Shown here: positions 10,485-24,745 of the stretch, in pieces | How positions within the stretch are numbered: the stretch's first letter is position 1 | How the letters are laid out: the number at the start of each line of letters is the position of its first letter | NCBI GenBank assembly: GCA_012295275.1 | Contig: CM022668.1 | Coordinates: forward strand, 7,130,001 to 7,194,000 | Source of the DNA: Chrysomallon squamiferum | Taxonomy: Eukaryota; Animalia; Mollusca | DNA: 64,000 nt | Direction: 5' to 3' | The notes under the pieces: model-generated | The model's input: the letters and a program-made list of their open reading frames with translations, nothing else | Databases searched by the model: none | Told to the model about the DNA's origin: nothing | Made by a program: the position numbers and the translations under genes

Positions 10485-11875
10485 GTTTACACAGAAAGCG
10501 TCTGTCCCATTACCAGCTCGTTTTCTTCATCTTCGGTTAATGTCAGAATTTTAAAAGAAAATTTTTAGTTTTGAAATTATACCTCTTTTTCTTGAAACCG
10601 ATACAAAAAACATTTAAAATTTTATTTATACATTTAATGTTTTATAAACCTTTATTATTGTTATTATTATTATTACTGTTATTATTATAAAAGTAATGTA
10701 ACCAATATTCCTAATTTCTAAAGTTTTTCTGAATAAATACAATCACACTTTCACATAAATTTACATCAGTTCTAGATGAGGTCCATGAATAAATTAAAAC
10801 ATTTTTATAATTTTAACTGAAACTACATGGCTCTGTAAAAAAAAAAAAAAAAAAAAAATTAAAAATATGTTGCTGTTATCAAAGAAAAATTATTAAAAAT
10901 ACAGTTTCATCACAAATGTTTTTTTTTAAATAAAAACTATAAATAACTAATAAAGAAGACATTTTCTTCTATGTTCTCTAAATGATAAACGCCAGTTTAA
11001 ATCACAAAAATAATCAGAAAATAATAAAAAAGATGAAAAAGAAAACAGGAAAATGAAATTGTAAATGTTTTCTTGTTAAAAAATACTGAGTGAATGAATG
11101 AATGAATGAAGAAATGAAGTAACATTCAGCTTAAACAGAAAATCCATTTAGTGTCAAAAGGTCACTAAACACCAGTATGAATACAATTTCAATTCTTTTA
11201 ATTTTATAATTAAAACTTCTTCCATGTTTGTGCTGTAATTTACAATTTTAAAAGTGAATCAGACATGCGTTTGTTTGATGATCTGGATCATTTAACATGT
11301 CAAGCAGTTATTCCTCTAACTTGACATTTCACACTTAAAAATCGTCAATGTTTATAATCAGATCATTATATACATTTATAAATACAAATAAATAAATAAA
11401 TAATAAAAATAGTAAATGGAGAAAAAGAGAAAACACACACAAACTCTTAATAAATGGGAAAATAAATCAATAAAACTTCCCAAACCCAAAGCACCTTACT
11501 GATTAGAGGATTTAAAATAATTCGGTTTCTTCTGCTCATAAATTACATTTCTGACAACTGAGAATGGATTACATGATAAAATATGTATCATTTTCATAAT
11601 AAATTGGAATAATGTCCTGACATTTCCTCCACACTTACAATAACAACAGCAAAAACATTAATAATAATAATAAATAAATAAATAATAAATATATAAATAA
11701 TGTAAAAACTGATAAAAAACAATTTTTAATAAATGAAAATAAAAAAAAACATTTTTTTAATTTTTTTTATCCATTGTGTTTTTAAGTATGAATCAGCAGT
11801 ATTTATATATAAATTAGAATTATATACATTTTTTTTTTTTGAAAGAAGAACAAATTCTTTTTTGGCCAAACTTAC

Positions 11876-11968
11876 CCTTTTTGCCTGATCTGTTTGTTGG
11901 CCCTGGCCTCGCTTAATGCAGAGTACACACGAATTAGCAGAATAGTAGTAAACATCACCGGGCAGCAT
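11876..11968 (-). CDS. LARP4: Candidate alternative first coding exon of LARP4 (MLPGDVYYYSANSCVLCIKRGQGQQTDQAKR)
   Basis: ATG at 11968, 31 codons, strong AGG|GTAAGT donor in phase 0, inside a CpG-retaining island. An upstream acceptor (poly-T...ctgtag, 12184-12185) and donor (CAA|GTGAGT, 12380) suggest a non-coding leader exon. Confidence 0.55.
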
Positions 11969-12935
11969 GTAGGTGCCCACACCACCAAATTTCCAGTGAT
12001 CTGGGGTATCTACCTACCTACCCTGCCACAGTAAAAGCATACCATATGGTTGATTTGTGCCAGAAGAAAATGTCAGCTGTCCAGATGGGTTACACCAGCA
12101 GCAAAACTCTTCCGTAATGAAGTAAAATACACATTGTTAAGTGCTGTTGATGATTCAGATTGAGAGAAAAGTATCGTCTGTCCCTACAGAGGAATTGACA
12201 AAAAAAAAAAAAAAAGGAAAAAAAAAACCCAGCCTGAACGTTGTGCCTGCCGATGCAATGACAGACTGCAAACGGAATGAGCTGTTGACGACTTCTCCGA
12301 GCACACAGCCCACACACTCTGGCGAGATACGTCTGCTTACCGATACCTAATCCAGAACAACACGGCAGCTCACGACTCACTTGAAACCTACTGTCAACAG
12401 CTGTCAACGTTTTAAACAGTCCTCTCCTCAACCCAGTCTTAAGTAACCCCTGACAAGATGAGCAGGAGGAGGAAGACAAACGAATAATCAAGCTAATTTT
12501 ACACACAACACACTCGACGTGTATTTTTAACGATACTTAGTGGCGTGTGTCCTCCCCCATCTATTTTTCTGCTAATCGATTGTCCTCAAACTGCGCTCAT
12601 GCGTGAAACACCTGTCAGATTACAATCAATAGATAACTGGGTGGCTCATCGGGTCATAAACACCTCTTCCCGTGCTAGCACTTCTCTCGCTATTTACCAA
12701 CAGTAAATATCATTCAGTTGCCTTCATTCAGTGACGATGCGAACAGGCCAGTCGGTCTTCAGCACTGCTACCACATACAACGTAAACACACACGTCTACA
12801 ACGGCTGGGTCTGCAGCATCATTCCTACATCTCTGTGTTTCCATGCTCTTTTTTCTTAATTGCCTTTTCACTGCTTATTCACAACCACCTCACACAGACC
12901 ACCACAGTGGACAGCAGATGCAGACACGGCTAGTC

Positions 12936-12949
12936 GTTGCTATGGAAAT
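12936..12949. promoter_or_regulatory. RFX X-box-like motif upstream of the candidate internal LARP4 promoter
   Basis: GTTGCTATGGAAAT, one mismatch from the X-box consensus GTTNCYATRGNAAC, at the edge of the 11900-12950 CpG-retaining island. Confidence 0.4.
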
Positions 12950-13012
12950 TTCCACATGAAGAAGGTGGGTGGAAGAAATTAAGAGAAAATGAATCTGTAA
13001 CAGAAATAGACT

Positions 13013-13045
<33 letters not shown>

Positions 13046-14033
13046 CAGTGAGTGAACTGAAAATCTAGCAAGCTTTTACCCTCGAGTCATGGCTCAAGAC
13101 AATGTCGAATCAGTCACTGACCATTCTGCTTTATTTCTCATCACTTCTGTTGTTAATTTTGTAACAAGCACTGCCATATGGTGATTCACACAGACCACAA
13201 AAATCAATACCTTACATGCAACAACTATATATTCATAATAACAAAGTATCTAAAAACCTCTATCACATACACATACCAACAAAAAAAGGAAACTTCTCTA
13301 AATACACTGATTTAAAAATATTTTTTTTTTTTATCAATAACATTATTTTTCCAACTCAACCTTTGACCTCATTGTGTTTAGAAAGTCTTGCTGAAGCTGA
13401 TCAATACTGTGCGAGTTCAAAGCCAGGTATGTCTTTCAGTTCTATTTGTAGTATCAATAGCACATTGCACAATGGCTTGATCTGTCATTTTTATATGAAG
13501 GACACGGTCAGACAAGTGTGACATACTGAGCACACCTTACAGGTAGAAATAAAATGATAAAAGAAATTTTATTTAAAAATTGTTTGAAGTTATTTGATTT
13601 TGGGACTAATGCAGAAAAAATGTCAAATTTAAAATTGCAAAAAATAGTTTAAAACTTTTTGACAAAATTCAGTCCAGGTAATTTCTCAACTAGAAAACAT
13701 TTAAAAACATAACTAAAATACTGTCATTAAGAATCAAGCAAGATAAAAAAAATCACACCAAAAAACTGCATTTATTTCCTAACATAGTTAGCTTAGAATC
13801 AGCCTTTATGTTAGTTATTTCCTATTTAAAAGAAAAACAAAATTAATGGAAGTAAACAAAACATCTTAAAAAATCACATTTCAGTATTTAGTAATGTCTC
13901 ATGTTTGAAAAGTGAATATAACAGATATTGTGGTTGTCTGCCACCATTTTCAAATAAAAACTTGTCTAAAATTTGTTTTAACTTCGTGATTATCCATGTT
14001 TTATATGTGTGTGTGAGTGGGTAAGCAAGTGTA

Positions 14034-14091
<58 letters not shown>

Positions 14092-14259
14092 AAAAAATGC
14101 TAAATATTAAAAAAGACATTTTAATCTTAATGCAACTATTTTATTGTTTATGGCCAGCTGTGTTTGCAAAACAGTGGGAAATGCAAATTTATGAGGTAAC
14201 TGTACTGCATACTGTTGGTTAAAATGTCAACATGCAAGATAAGCCAACTATGGCTGTCA

Positions 14260-14870
14260 GAAATAATTACTACTCTATTATTGAATATAATATGACACAG
14301 GTCAACAAATAATCATTTTTAAAAATAGAAACAAAAGAAAAGGGAAGAAACATTAGAAAACCAGTAAGGATGTATTCAAAAAGTCTATGATTACTACTCT
14401 GTTATTGAAGATTAACTAATACATAATTAAAATAGGTTCATAATGAATCAAATAAAATAAATAAAAAACACACAAAAAGAAAGAAACATGAACATGCCAG
14501 TAAGCTTTTGTATACAGAAAACCTATAATTACAACTCTTTTATTAAAGATCAACCAACACATGATTAAAATAGGTTCATAAAATAAATGATAAAAAAAAA
14601 AAAAAAACACCCACCCACACAAAAAGAAAACATTAACATGTCAGTAAGCTTTTGTACAGAAAATCTATAATTACTACTCTATTATTAAAGATCAACTAAC
14701 ATATTATTAAAATAGGTTCATAAAATAAACAAAAATTGAAGAAAAAAAAAAAGAAAAAGAAACATTAACATGCCAGTAAACATTTGTAGTCAGAAAATCT
14801 ATAATGATTATTACGCAGTTGTTATGCATTATACTAACATACCATTAAAACAGACGTATAAAATAATCAT
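14260..14870. repeat. Degenerate tandem repeat, unit about 130-140 bp, 4-5 copies
   Basis: Recurrent AACATGCCAGTAAG...CTATAATTACTACTCT...ATTAAAATAGGTTCATAA. Confidence 0.85.
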
Positions 14871-17800
14871 TCTTTAACAAAATACAACCAAAAATAATCA
14901 TTATTTAACAAAATACAACAAAAAAAAACCCCATTAATATGCCAATTATCATAAATGTTATCATAAATCCTGGACAGAAATTAATGTAAATGGTCTAACC
15001 AAAATTTCAGTATATTAAAAAGTACCAAAAAGACATGCACCAGTAACATAAAAAGAAATTAAATTAAAAAGAGCAATTTAAAAAATTAAAAAATATTTGT
15101 GCTATACATGTGAAGGTATTCAATACTGTTTCACACACAAGAAATAAAGGACATCCTAATTCAGTTTATAGTGTGTTTGTTAATAATATGTATTAAAATT
15201 AGTAACAATAAATTCAATAAAATAAATAAAATAAATAACTCCAATTCATTGCAGCCGATATTCAGAGGTACCAAAAATTCAGTCATTTTGAATAACCCTA
15301 ACCTAACTGTTGAACATACGAAAAAAATGTGATATTTAAGGTGAAGTGGCAAGGAACTGTCAAAGTAAACAGCTGTTACCGTCCACTTTAATTTGTGTCT
15401 GCTTCTGCTAATAACACACACTGATGGATTTACATCAAATTAATGTGATAATCTTTTATATGGGATGCAATTTTGGGATGATTTTCTGCAAGAGTACATA
15501 AATGTACCTTACTTTTTACTCAAAATTAAATTTATCTAAATTTAATAACAAACTGTTTGACATTTATTTACATTAACAGTACAAATAACACAATTATTTA
15601 TTACACTGTTGTCGACAAATTGTTACTGAAATTTTTGCACTGACTTTTTTTGCATTCATCATTTTTTGTATGGATTTTTTACTTTGTTTTTCTTCATTTT
15701 TTTTTTTTTTTAAACTGCTGCATTATTTTTGCTTCATAATCAGCAGTCATTTTGTTTACTGAACATGTACCTACATTATTATACACTAAATATTTATTAA
15801 TCAAAAGCTGTAAAGGTTTTGATTATTTTAAATTTACTTTCCAGATTATTGTTCTGTTATTTTGTTATTTAAATGCACCTTCAATAATGAAAATTCAGAC
15901 TTTTTTCCTTGTTTGTTTAGGTATATCCCATTAGTAGCAAGGACCAATGATTTTTTAAAAATTCAAATGGGAAACTCACTGTTTGCATACAGGTTCCAGA
16001 AGATGAATGCTTTTTCTTTTAACGAAAGAGTGAAAAATTATTTTGCAAGTAATTTTTTTATATATTCTGTTGATGGACCTTTAAAAACTTTTTTCAGTTT
16101 TCTGTTATAAAACTATAATGAATTTATCAGGGCAATCATTCAGATAACACATGATTAATTTGCTTTTTACATGTAAATACCTGTAATGCATTCAAAATGG
16201 AAATAAACATAATAAAAAAAAGAATTATAATGGTTTCAAGTATTGTTTTACAACATATAACTGTCTACTATGAAGTTTTGACAGAATAATGCGCAAACAC
16301 TGACCAGCACTGGACACCACCATCTTGAATTTTGATCAGAAATTTGTGTGTATGCTTTGAAAATGTCACATCAGAGTTTTAAACTTCCAAATTCAACAAT
16401 TTTACGTCCATTTTCCTAACTACATCGGACTTTTCAAAACTGGATTATGTTTGTGCAAATGCATGCAAAATAAACTGAAATAATAATCTGTTATGAGATT
16501 AATCTATTAATTCTTCCAGTTGGCTGTGTTCTTTGTGTCAGAACCCATCAGAAAAGAACATTCAAATGTAGTTTTTACGCATTAAAGGAAGAAAATTGGA
16601 GCCATTTTTGCCAGTGAGTTACTGTTCCTGCTGGTCCATGCTACTGTTAGGTACTTTCATTTACTTAGTTTTCAACAACCATTCTTTGCTCAAGATTAAT
16701 CTAAAACTTTCAGCAAATTGATGCAGGTGATCATAAACTTGTATTTTGAATTTTATAGTAATGACAATATATAAATTAAAATTTTATCTATTCTATTTAA
16801 AACCCAGAATATGTTTTTAATGACTTGGCCTTCACCCCATCCCCAATTTTATTAATGTATAAACCACCACTTTGAAACAGGATAGAAAAATTAGTTTCCA
16901 TTCTTCTTTGGTTTACAATTCGCTTTATGTGATAATCACCAGTAATAAATATACATAAATAATTTGGAAATAAGAAGAAATATATTTTCTGTCAAATAAA
17001 TTTGGTTTTGGAGTCTTTTTGTATAGTATTAAAAATATAATAATAATAAAAAGGGGGAAAAAGAGACTATCCAGAATGAAATAGAATATCAAATAATTTT
17101 TTTTTTTTTTAAATATTGAAGTTAAGGGGAAAAAAAAAATTCTTTGATAAATAAATGACAAGCACTGGCTAGAACCAGAAACAGGCCCATGTAAAAATAA
17201 AAGATTAATGTGTTTTTATTTAAAATGAAGAATAATCAATTTAAAGTGAATTATTCTCTGCATGTTCACATCTATACATGTATGAGCATGCATGGGTGGA
17301 GTAAGTATGTTAACATCTTAAGAGTTCATTTGTGAATATTTGATAAAAATTATAATTTTACTGTGTATGGGTATATATATATATACGTTAGGTGTGTGTT
17401 TATGTATCTATGTACAACATGTACAATGTGAATATATTTTGAATATTGTAAATAAAAATTAAGAACATTTTACTTAAATAATTAAAAGAAAGAATGAATG
17501 AATGAATGAATGGAAACTGGCACTCAACTTTATTAGCATGTATTAAAAATTAGTAATTTTTATTCAAGCTGCTTAGAAAAGGAAGTTTAACCATAACCGC
17601 CTTACGTCAAACATCGAGGGGAAGTAACTCTAGTATAAATGTCTGAAAAATAACTTATTATAAAATCTGGGAACTTATTTGTTTTCTTTTTTATTTTATT
17701 TTTTTCCCACTTACTTTAGATGTCTGTAGGGAAAATATTTGGTGCAACATTACACCAAATGTTCAAAATAACTCAGTTTCTGAAATTTTAAACAGTGGTT

Positions 17801-17949
17801 ACCCAAATGATGGATACCATTTCCTTGGAGGTAACATGCATTTCTGAAGTCATCATAAAGATAATTTACAATTGTTGTTTTACTGTAAGTATATCCTTAA
17901 ATGATTTTTTTTTTTTTTTTTTTTTGTCTTACCAAGTGGCTGAAAAGGA

Positions 17950-18280
17950 AAAGTAACACTAGAGATAAAGATTAAGAGTGAAGATGCTGGTGATTCTGTA
18001 ATGATTTTGGTACTGGAATATAATATGAATGAAAATAAATAGGAGACACTGCAAATCAAGATTAGGTGTGAAGCAGTTCATAATTCTGTAAAAAAAATCT
18101 TGGAACAACTGGGCAACAGAATGACAAAATTAAAAGGAGACACTGTAAATGAAGATTAGAAAACAAGAAGCTGGTGATTCTGCAAATGCTCTGCGACCAC
18201 TGGACAACAAAATGGCAGAAAAAGGATAGAGGAAACTGCAGACGAGGACTGCTGCAAAGTCTTGGAACAACTGGACTAGA
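17950..18280. repeat. Degenerate tandem repeat, unit about 90 bp, about 4 copies, abutting the donor of the MTSD exon
   Basis: Recurrent GGAGACACTG.AAAT.AAGATTAG...GCTGGTGATTCTG...TTGGAACAACTGG. Confidence 0.75.
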
Positions 18281-18299
18281 GTAATAAGAAAACACTCAC

Positions 18300-18356
18300 C
18301 GGTTGGTTTAGATCAGTCAGCTCAGCTGTGCCACTCAATCCCCTGTCCGACGTCAT
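18300..18356 (-). CDS. LARP4: LARP4 probable start-codon exon (whole exon 18300-18398), MTSDRGLSGTAELTDLNQP
   Basis: tttgcag acceptor (18399-18400) and CCG|GTGAGT donor (18299). Phase 0 matches the PAM2 exon, and the MTSD start resembles vertebrate LARP4B (from memory). All 99 nt of the exon are open in the same frame. Confidence 0.75.
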
Positions 18357-18600
18357 GAGTCCAGCTGACAGTCCAACCAACAGAGTTTGATCTGCCACCT
18401 GCAAACAGAAAACAACAACATTCAGTATCCCAGCATGCCACTGTGTCAACAGGTTTACAACAACAACAACAACAAAATCTTTAGTTTCTCTATTAAGTAT
18501 TGAAGAAGTGATGGTTTTTGGTTTTTGTTCTGGTACGAAAGGACCTGAAACTGGCCATTTAACTTTTGCTGCTGACGACAAATTTTACACATACACAAAT

Positions 18601-18653
<53 letters not shown>

Positions 18654-20039
18654 TAAGATTCAAGACATGTGTATGACAAAGACCAATACCATAATTTATC
18701 ATAATTCAGTGCTGCATCCTACAGCAAGGCAGTTCCTTTGAAACTACATATAAAACATTTTCCAGACTATCTGAAATTTTTCATAATTCTTAGTACATAG
18801 TTTTTATTACTTAAATTTCTATAACAAATTAATAATCAAATACATTATTTACACATATCATTTACACTACCTATAGACACCACAAAAATACACGGATTAA
18901 TGATAATATTAATAATAGCAACACTAATAAAAAACAAAAAAAAACCAGCAGCAAATATAGTAATAATACTTTCAGCTATCACAAACAATGTGTAAACAAT
19001 ATTTAACTATACAGTTTTTTTATATTCACCACTAATTGATGCCCAGAAATTAAAGGGTCACATGCATTAATTAAAAATAATTTTAAAATGTATTTTATTA
19101 ATTGTATGCAACAAGATTCTTGAAACTAGACTTACTAATAATAATCATAGTTATTAACACTGAAGTATACATATAAAGGTGGGTTGATTTTCTGCTTATA
19201 AAATATATTTTCTCTTTATGAACTAAAATTATATTTCTGCCTTCAGTGGACTACATTTTCCCTTCATATATGATGCATACTGATGTATTTATTTAATGCA
19301 ATCGTACAAATGACTATTACATATGAACTTAGACATTTTGTTGTGAACTAACTAATGCATGAACTTTGAAATTATCAATTAAGCAGAGTAATAATGCATG
19401 TATACTTATTAATAAACAAAAATCTAATCTGTTGAAAAAAAATTTGCACTTAGACAATTCACAGAGCAAATTCCATTTAAGACTGCCAATTCTAAAATTG
19501 TGCCAAGGATTCATATACCCAGAAAATCAGTACCCAAAACATCAGCTATATAATTTTATTATTATTACTAACAAATTACTATACTCATATTATTTCAAAA
19601 AAGTAAACAATTATGAAATAATAAAATAAAAAATATCTGCAGCCAGTGTTGTTATGAATTAGTATCACTGTTGTTTTATATTAAACTTCTTTATAAAATA
19701 CATTTTCTAATGGAAGAAAGACAACTCTAATTTCACAGTCCCGAAACAGATAAAACATCTGTCACTTGAAAAAATCCAGACAAGATGACAAGCTCGTGCA
19801 GTTACAGATGAGATGTGACTGAGTTTTAACCCTAATACTGTAACTCAAACAAACAAAACAAAACAAAAATCAACAGATATGCTAATATTTTTCAAATTAA
19901 AAAATTGTTTTAAAATTATATCAATAAGCTAATTCTCTGGCTTTATATACCTTTTACAAATCAAATTTCTTAATAAAATAAACCTTATTTCAAGACCAAC
20001 TTTTTACCAAACTAAATACTATGATATACAAAAGATTTC

Positions 20040-20560
20040 GACAGCTGATTTTTGTTTGTATCATATGCATAAATGCATGCTGAAATTTGTTTTGTTATGA
20101 ATTCTCTAATAGTGAAACTTATTAAATACCAAACAGCTGTCTAATCAGCTGAATTTTGTTGTTTCATATACCTGTTTCAATAATACCATGCTGAAAATAG
20201 TTTAAACACCAATTAATGCCTGCAGAGCTAAGTTTTGTTGTTTCATGTACATGTTCAACTAAGTTTTGTTGTTTCATGTACATGTTTGAACAATGGTTTA
20301 AGAACAATTAACTGCCTGCATAGTTGAGTAGTTGTTTTACATAGCTGTATGAATGCTCTAATACTGAAAAAGGTTAAGAACCAATGAACTGCCTAAGCAG
20401 ACGAGTTTTGCTTCATTTGCCTGGATGAATGATTCCATGTTGAAAATGGTTTAACTACTAGTTAACTGCCTGCACAGCTGAGTTTCTGATGCTTCGTGTA
20501 CCTGTATGAATACTCTAATACTGAAAAAGGTTAAGAAGAACTAATTAATTGCAACAGCTG
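20040..20560. repeat. Degenerate tandem repeat, unit about 70-75 bp, about 7 copies
   Basis: Recurrent AACTGCCTGCA.AGCTGAGTTTTG...CATGTACCTG.ATGAAT...CTGAAAA.GGTT.AAGAA. Confidence 0.8.
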
Positions 20561-21676
20561 CTCTCTGGGCTGTCAAGAGTGTGGAGGTCACCTATTAAGT
20601 CTGCTGGATATTTTATTCATGGTCACAATTATCTGCAGCCACAGAATTTCCCTATTCATATAGAAAATGATACCCCACTGACACATTTTGGCAATATTAA
20701 CATAACAGGGAAATCCTTAATAATTTGTAATGTGATTTAAATGACATTTTCATAACATTTTTACTGTGAGCAGTTTACAAAATTAAAAAAATAAATAAGT
20801 AATAATAATAATCATAATAAATCATAGTGAAAGAAGTACATCTCAAATTCTTAATAAATTTGGATTATTTACATTAATCAGTTAAACTTGTTTCTAAATA
20901 TTTTTGATAATCTAAAATCTTTTATGTTAATTTTAAATGATATAGAACATCATTGTTTCACAAATTCCCAATAATTTATTTCTTTTTATGCTAATAACAG
21001 ATAACAAAAAATACACTGCCATAACAAACCAATGCCAGAAACGTGAAAAAAACATAAGTATTAAAATGGCTTACTTTTTTTTTCATGTCATGAAAATAAA
21101 TATGAAAAATGAATTATTAAAAAGATGAACTGAAAAACCTGATCATATTTATATTTAAAATAACAACTGTCAGCCATCTTTAATATACAATTTATTATTC
21201 ATGATCAATTTTTAATATTAAAAGATCATCATAAATTATAGTTTTCTTAAGAATAATTGCTCTCAGTGATCAATTTTTATTAATCGCTATATTTACATTT
21301 AAAAACAGCTTTCTACTATTTCAGCATTACAGTGAAAATAATGGGTGCTGCATACGATCGCAATAAATTTGTCTGTCCTGTCACCTAAAGAGACATCAGG
21401 TGAAATGTCACAGGTGACATCAGGTGCAGGTCACAGGTGCTGACATGGCAGTATGGACAATATGAATATGCACACTCAGACTGAACATATGGAAATTTTA
21501 GACAAGATTTTTATACATGTAAAACAGATTGCCTTTAGCCGAACACAGGCCACAATCAGAAAGCAGCTTTATCAGAATAGCAGCTGTCACCACAAAACCC
21601 ATCCTGAACTCAACACCAGTTTGAAATTATTAATGTAACAGAACAAATTGCGATCAATTCAATGTTTCCATCTTAC

Positions 21677-21712
<36 letters not shown>

Positions 21713-24699
21713 AGTGTGTATACACACTCATATATACACACACATACATACGTACAGAGACATACACACATATATACGCATACATACATTATATGCACAC
21801 ACACACACACATATATATATGCATATATACATTATGTATGTACGTAAATCAAAGAAATACTGAACTAGGGTTATAACGTGTATTATTTCATACAGCAAAG
21901 TTCATTTTGTTCTTTTAATGTCGAAGTATTCAGTGATTTTTCTTGTTTATATATTTATACATGTGGCAGGGTTTTTTAATACAAGTATATTAATTTTACA
22001 AATTAACAAAATCCGATTAGTGCATTTTATGTGTAATATTGTATGTAAATTTTATAAAGAAACCAGAATATGGCAATTAACTCATGTCTTCCATATTTAG
22101 CAGAAGTGAAGAAAACCTGTTTAAAAAGGATGATTCAATATTTAACAAACAAATGCATTTTGATGAAAATGTACTGTTGCTTTTCATTTTAGTTTCTGAA
22201 AATTAAAAGATTAAGAAGACTTCAGTGATCTACATGTCTATTTTACAATCTAGGAAGCTCACCTGAGATTTAAAAAAAAAGAATTGGACAACTGAATAGG
22301 TTATCTTTCTCTTTGTTTACTGGGATTAAAAGCTTTTTACGCTATTTATTACATATATTTATATATATATATATATATATTTTTTTTTTTTACAAAATAT
22401 AAAGTATAGCAACAGATGTGAAACCAAATGTCCAAAATGCATCTACATTATATACCAAGTTGAAAAAGATCCATTTCATCTCATTAGAATTACATCTATA
22501 ACAGTATGTACATAAATTACGTATGTAAATTTTAAACAAAATAATGTTTTTAAACTTGTGACTGATCTTTTCTCGTAACAAAATTCAGCAGGTAATGCAA
22601 CAATTCAATGAAACAAAATACTCAACACTTCCCTATTCTCTCTAGAGTTATTGTCAAAATTAGTACAAAATTCCTTATAACTCGATGATTTCATGTTAAA
22701 CGCTGATAAATAAATAATAACTATGGCATGAATCAGTTTCACTTTTATAGAAGATATCTGTAAGACTTTCATTAACTGACATTTTTTCTTCCTTTTTTTT
22801 GACAAACTGATTTTAAACCAATCTAAACATGATAAAACTATCCTGATGTATGCATGTCCCTTTTTGCTTTCAAATATCAGCAATATCAAAATTAACATGA
22901 ATTTCATTTCAATTCATCAGAAGTAAGAAATGCATTAGAAGTAAACACTTCGAAATGGAAATATTATGAATCAACATGGATGTGTTTATATTACTGGTAG
23001 TTGGGGGTGGGGGTGGTTGGGAGAAGGAAAAGAAGAAAAGCACTGAATATTAACACATAGTGTATAAACACATTTTAAAATTTTCTGAAAATGTACATGT
23101 TTAAAGACATTTGTCCATTACTGGCCTAAATTTCAAATTATCGTCTTATTTTTTTAAAATTCAAAATTAGACAGAAGTTCACATTTGAATTATAATTTGT
23201 ATCATTTTCCTTCTTTTATTCTTGGCATGTTCATAGTTATGTCAACTCAAGCTGATAGAAAATTACTGACAGAACATCAGTATTACTTCTTGAAATGATA
23301 TGATCATGAGTATCTGCATGTTTATAACATTCATTCCACAGTAACCAATGTGATTTACTGAAGTGTAAAACTAAAAGCATTATATTACTACTGCTTTTTT
23401 TCTTCGTATTATCACTTTATAATCATAACATATTTCAAATTAAAGGTTTTTGGATACAAATGACACTTTTAAAATCAACATATCAACAAATAAAAACAAA
23501 TAAATTATTTAAAAAATGTCATTAAACAAAACACTGCTTTCTTTTTTTAAATTACATTTTTAAAAAAGAAAGAAAAAAAGAATATTTTAATAAATGATAA
23601 ACTAAACAAATGAAAACCAACATACCAATTAATTTACTTTCACTTTCATTTTCCTGATTGTAAAGCAAGCTGACCTTCACCATTTGTTTGTACTTTAAGT
23701 ACTGGCCTGACAGTCAACGAATTACTAGTTCAATTTTCCTCAGAGTGCCATGTTACAATTTAGTAACATTTTCTCATTCCCATTTCATTATACAAAAAAT
23801 ATATATCTTAAAGCATAATTTATGAATATTAAAATGTATGACTGATATTTAATACATGGATATTAAAACATGACTGACTCTTAATAATATTAAATTGATT
23901 TAATGGATTCCCTTGCTACTGATAAAAAAGAATCGACCAAGTAGCATCAACTAGTTTCTTCATCCATGTAAAAAAAATATGACAAGACTTTATAATTTAT
24001 TAACTTATTGGTGTCCAGAAAAATAATTACCATATTTAATGTTCGTTTCTAAAATATTTGTAATACAACCTGTACAAGACAACAGAAAGATTAGTCTGGC
24101 ACTGTCATTTAAATTTTAAAATATTTAAAAAATAAAAATATATGTATCCTACTTTGTTATGTTTCTTTAATACTTGTAACTATTTAGTACATAAATACAC
24201 ACACACATATAAGACAAACATGTACACACACACACACATACACACACACAAAATGATACTAGGTAAACAGCTGTTATGGATATACTCATTTCCTTAAAAT
24301 ATTCACATTTAATGCAAACAGATTACCAGTATACACATGTACACAACAATTACAATATTAGGTAAAATAACTGCCATGAAAACAAACTGATCTCCTTAAA
24401 GTACTCAGTATCTAATTATTTTCACAAATAATATTAACAGATTATCAATATTTCCTTACATCTAAAATATCCTCCCATCCTTTACAACAGCATTTTAGTA
24501 TTTGGCATCAAAATATTGTGTAGCCTTAGTGATGACAAACTAATGCAATAAATAAAATATCCCAGTCTCACAACACATCCCCTTAGCAACAGTTTTACTT
24601 CAATATTACCACTAGTTATAAATAATTAAAAAATTGTGTAGAAATTTGAAATTGTTTATGTATTTCAGTACCCTATAAAACAGTAATAAAATACATATC

Positions 24700-24745
<46 letters not shown>

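Noticed and set aside
10583-10613. ATG...GAG|GTATAA as another LARP4 first exon
   Set aside because: Phase 1 from its ATG, incompatible with the phase-0 PAM2 exon, and the donor is weak.
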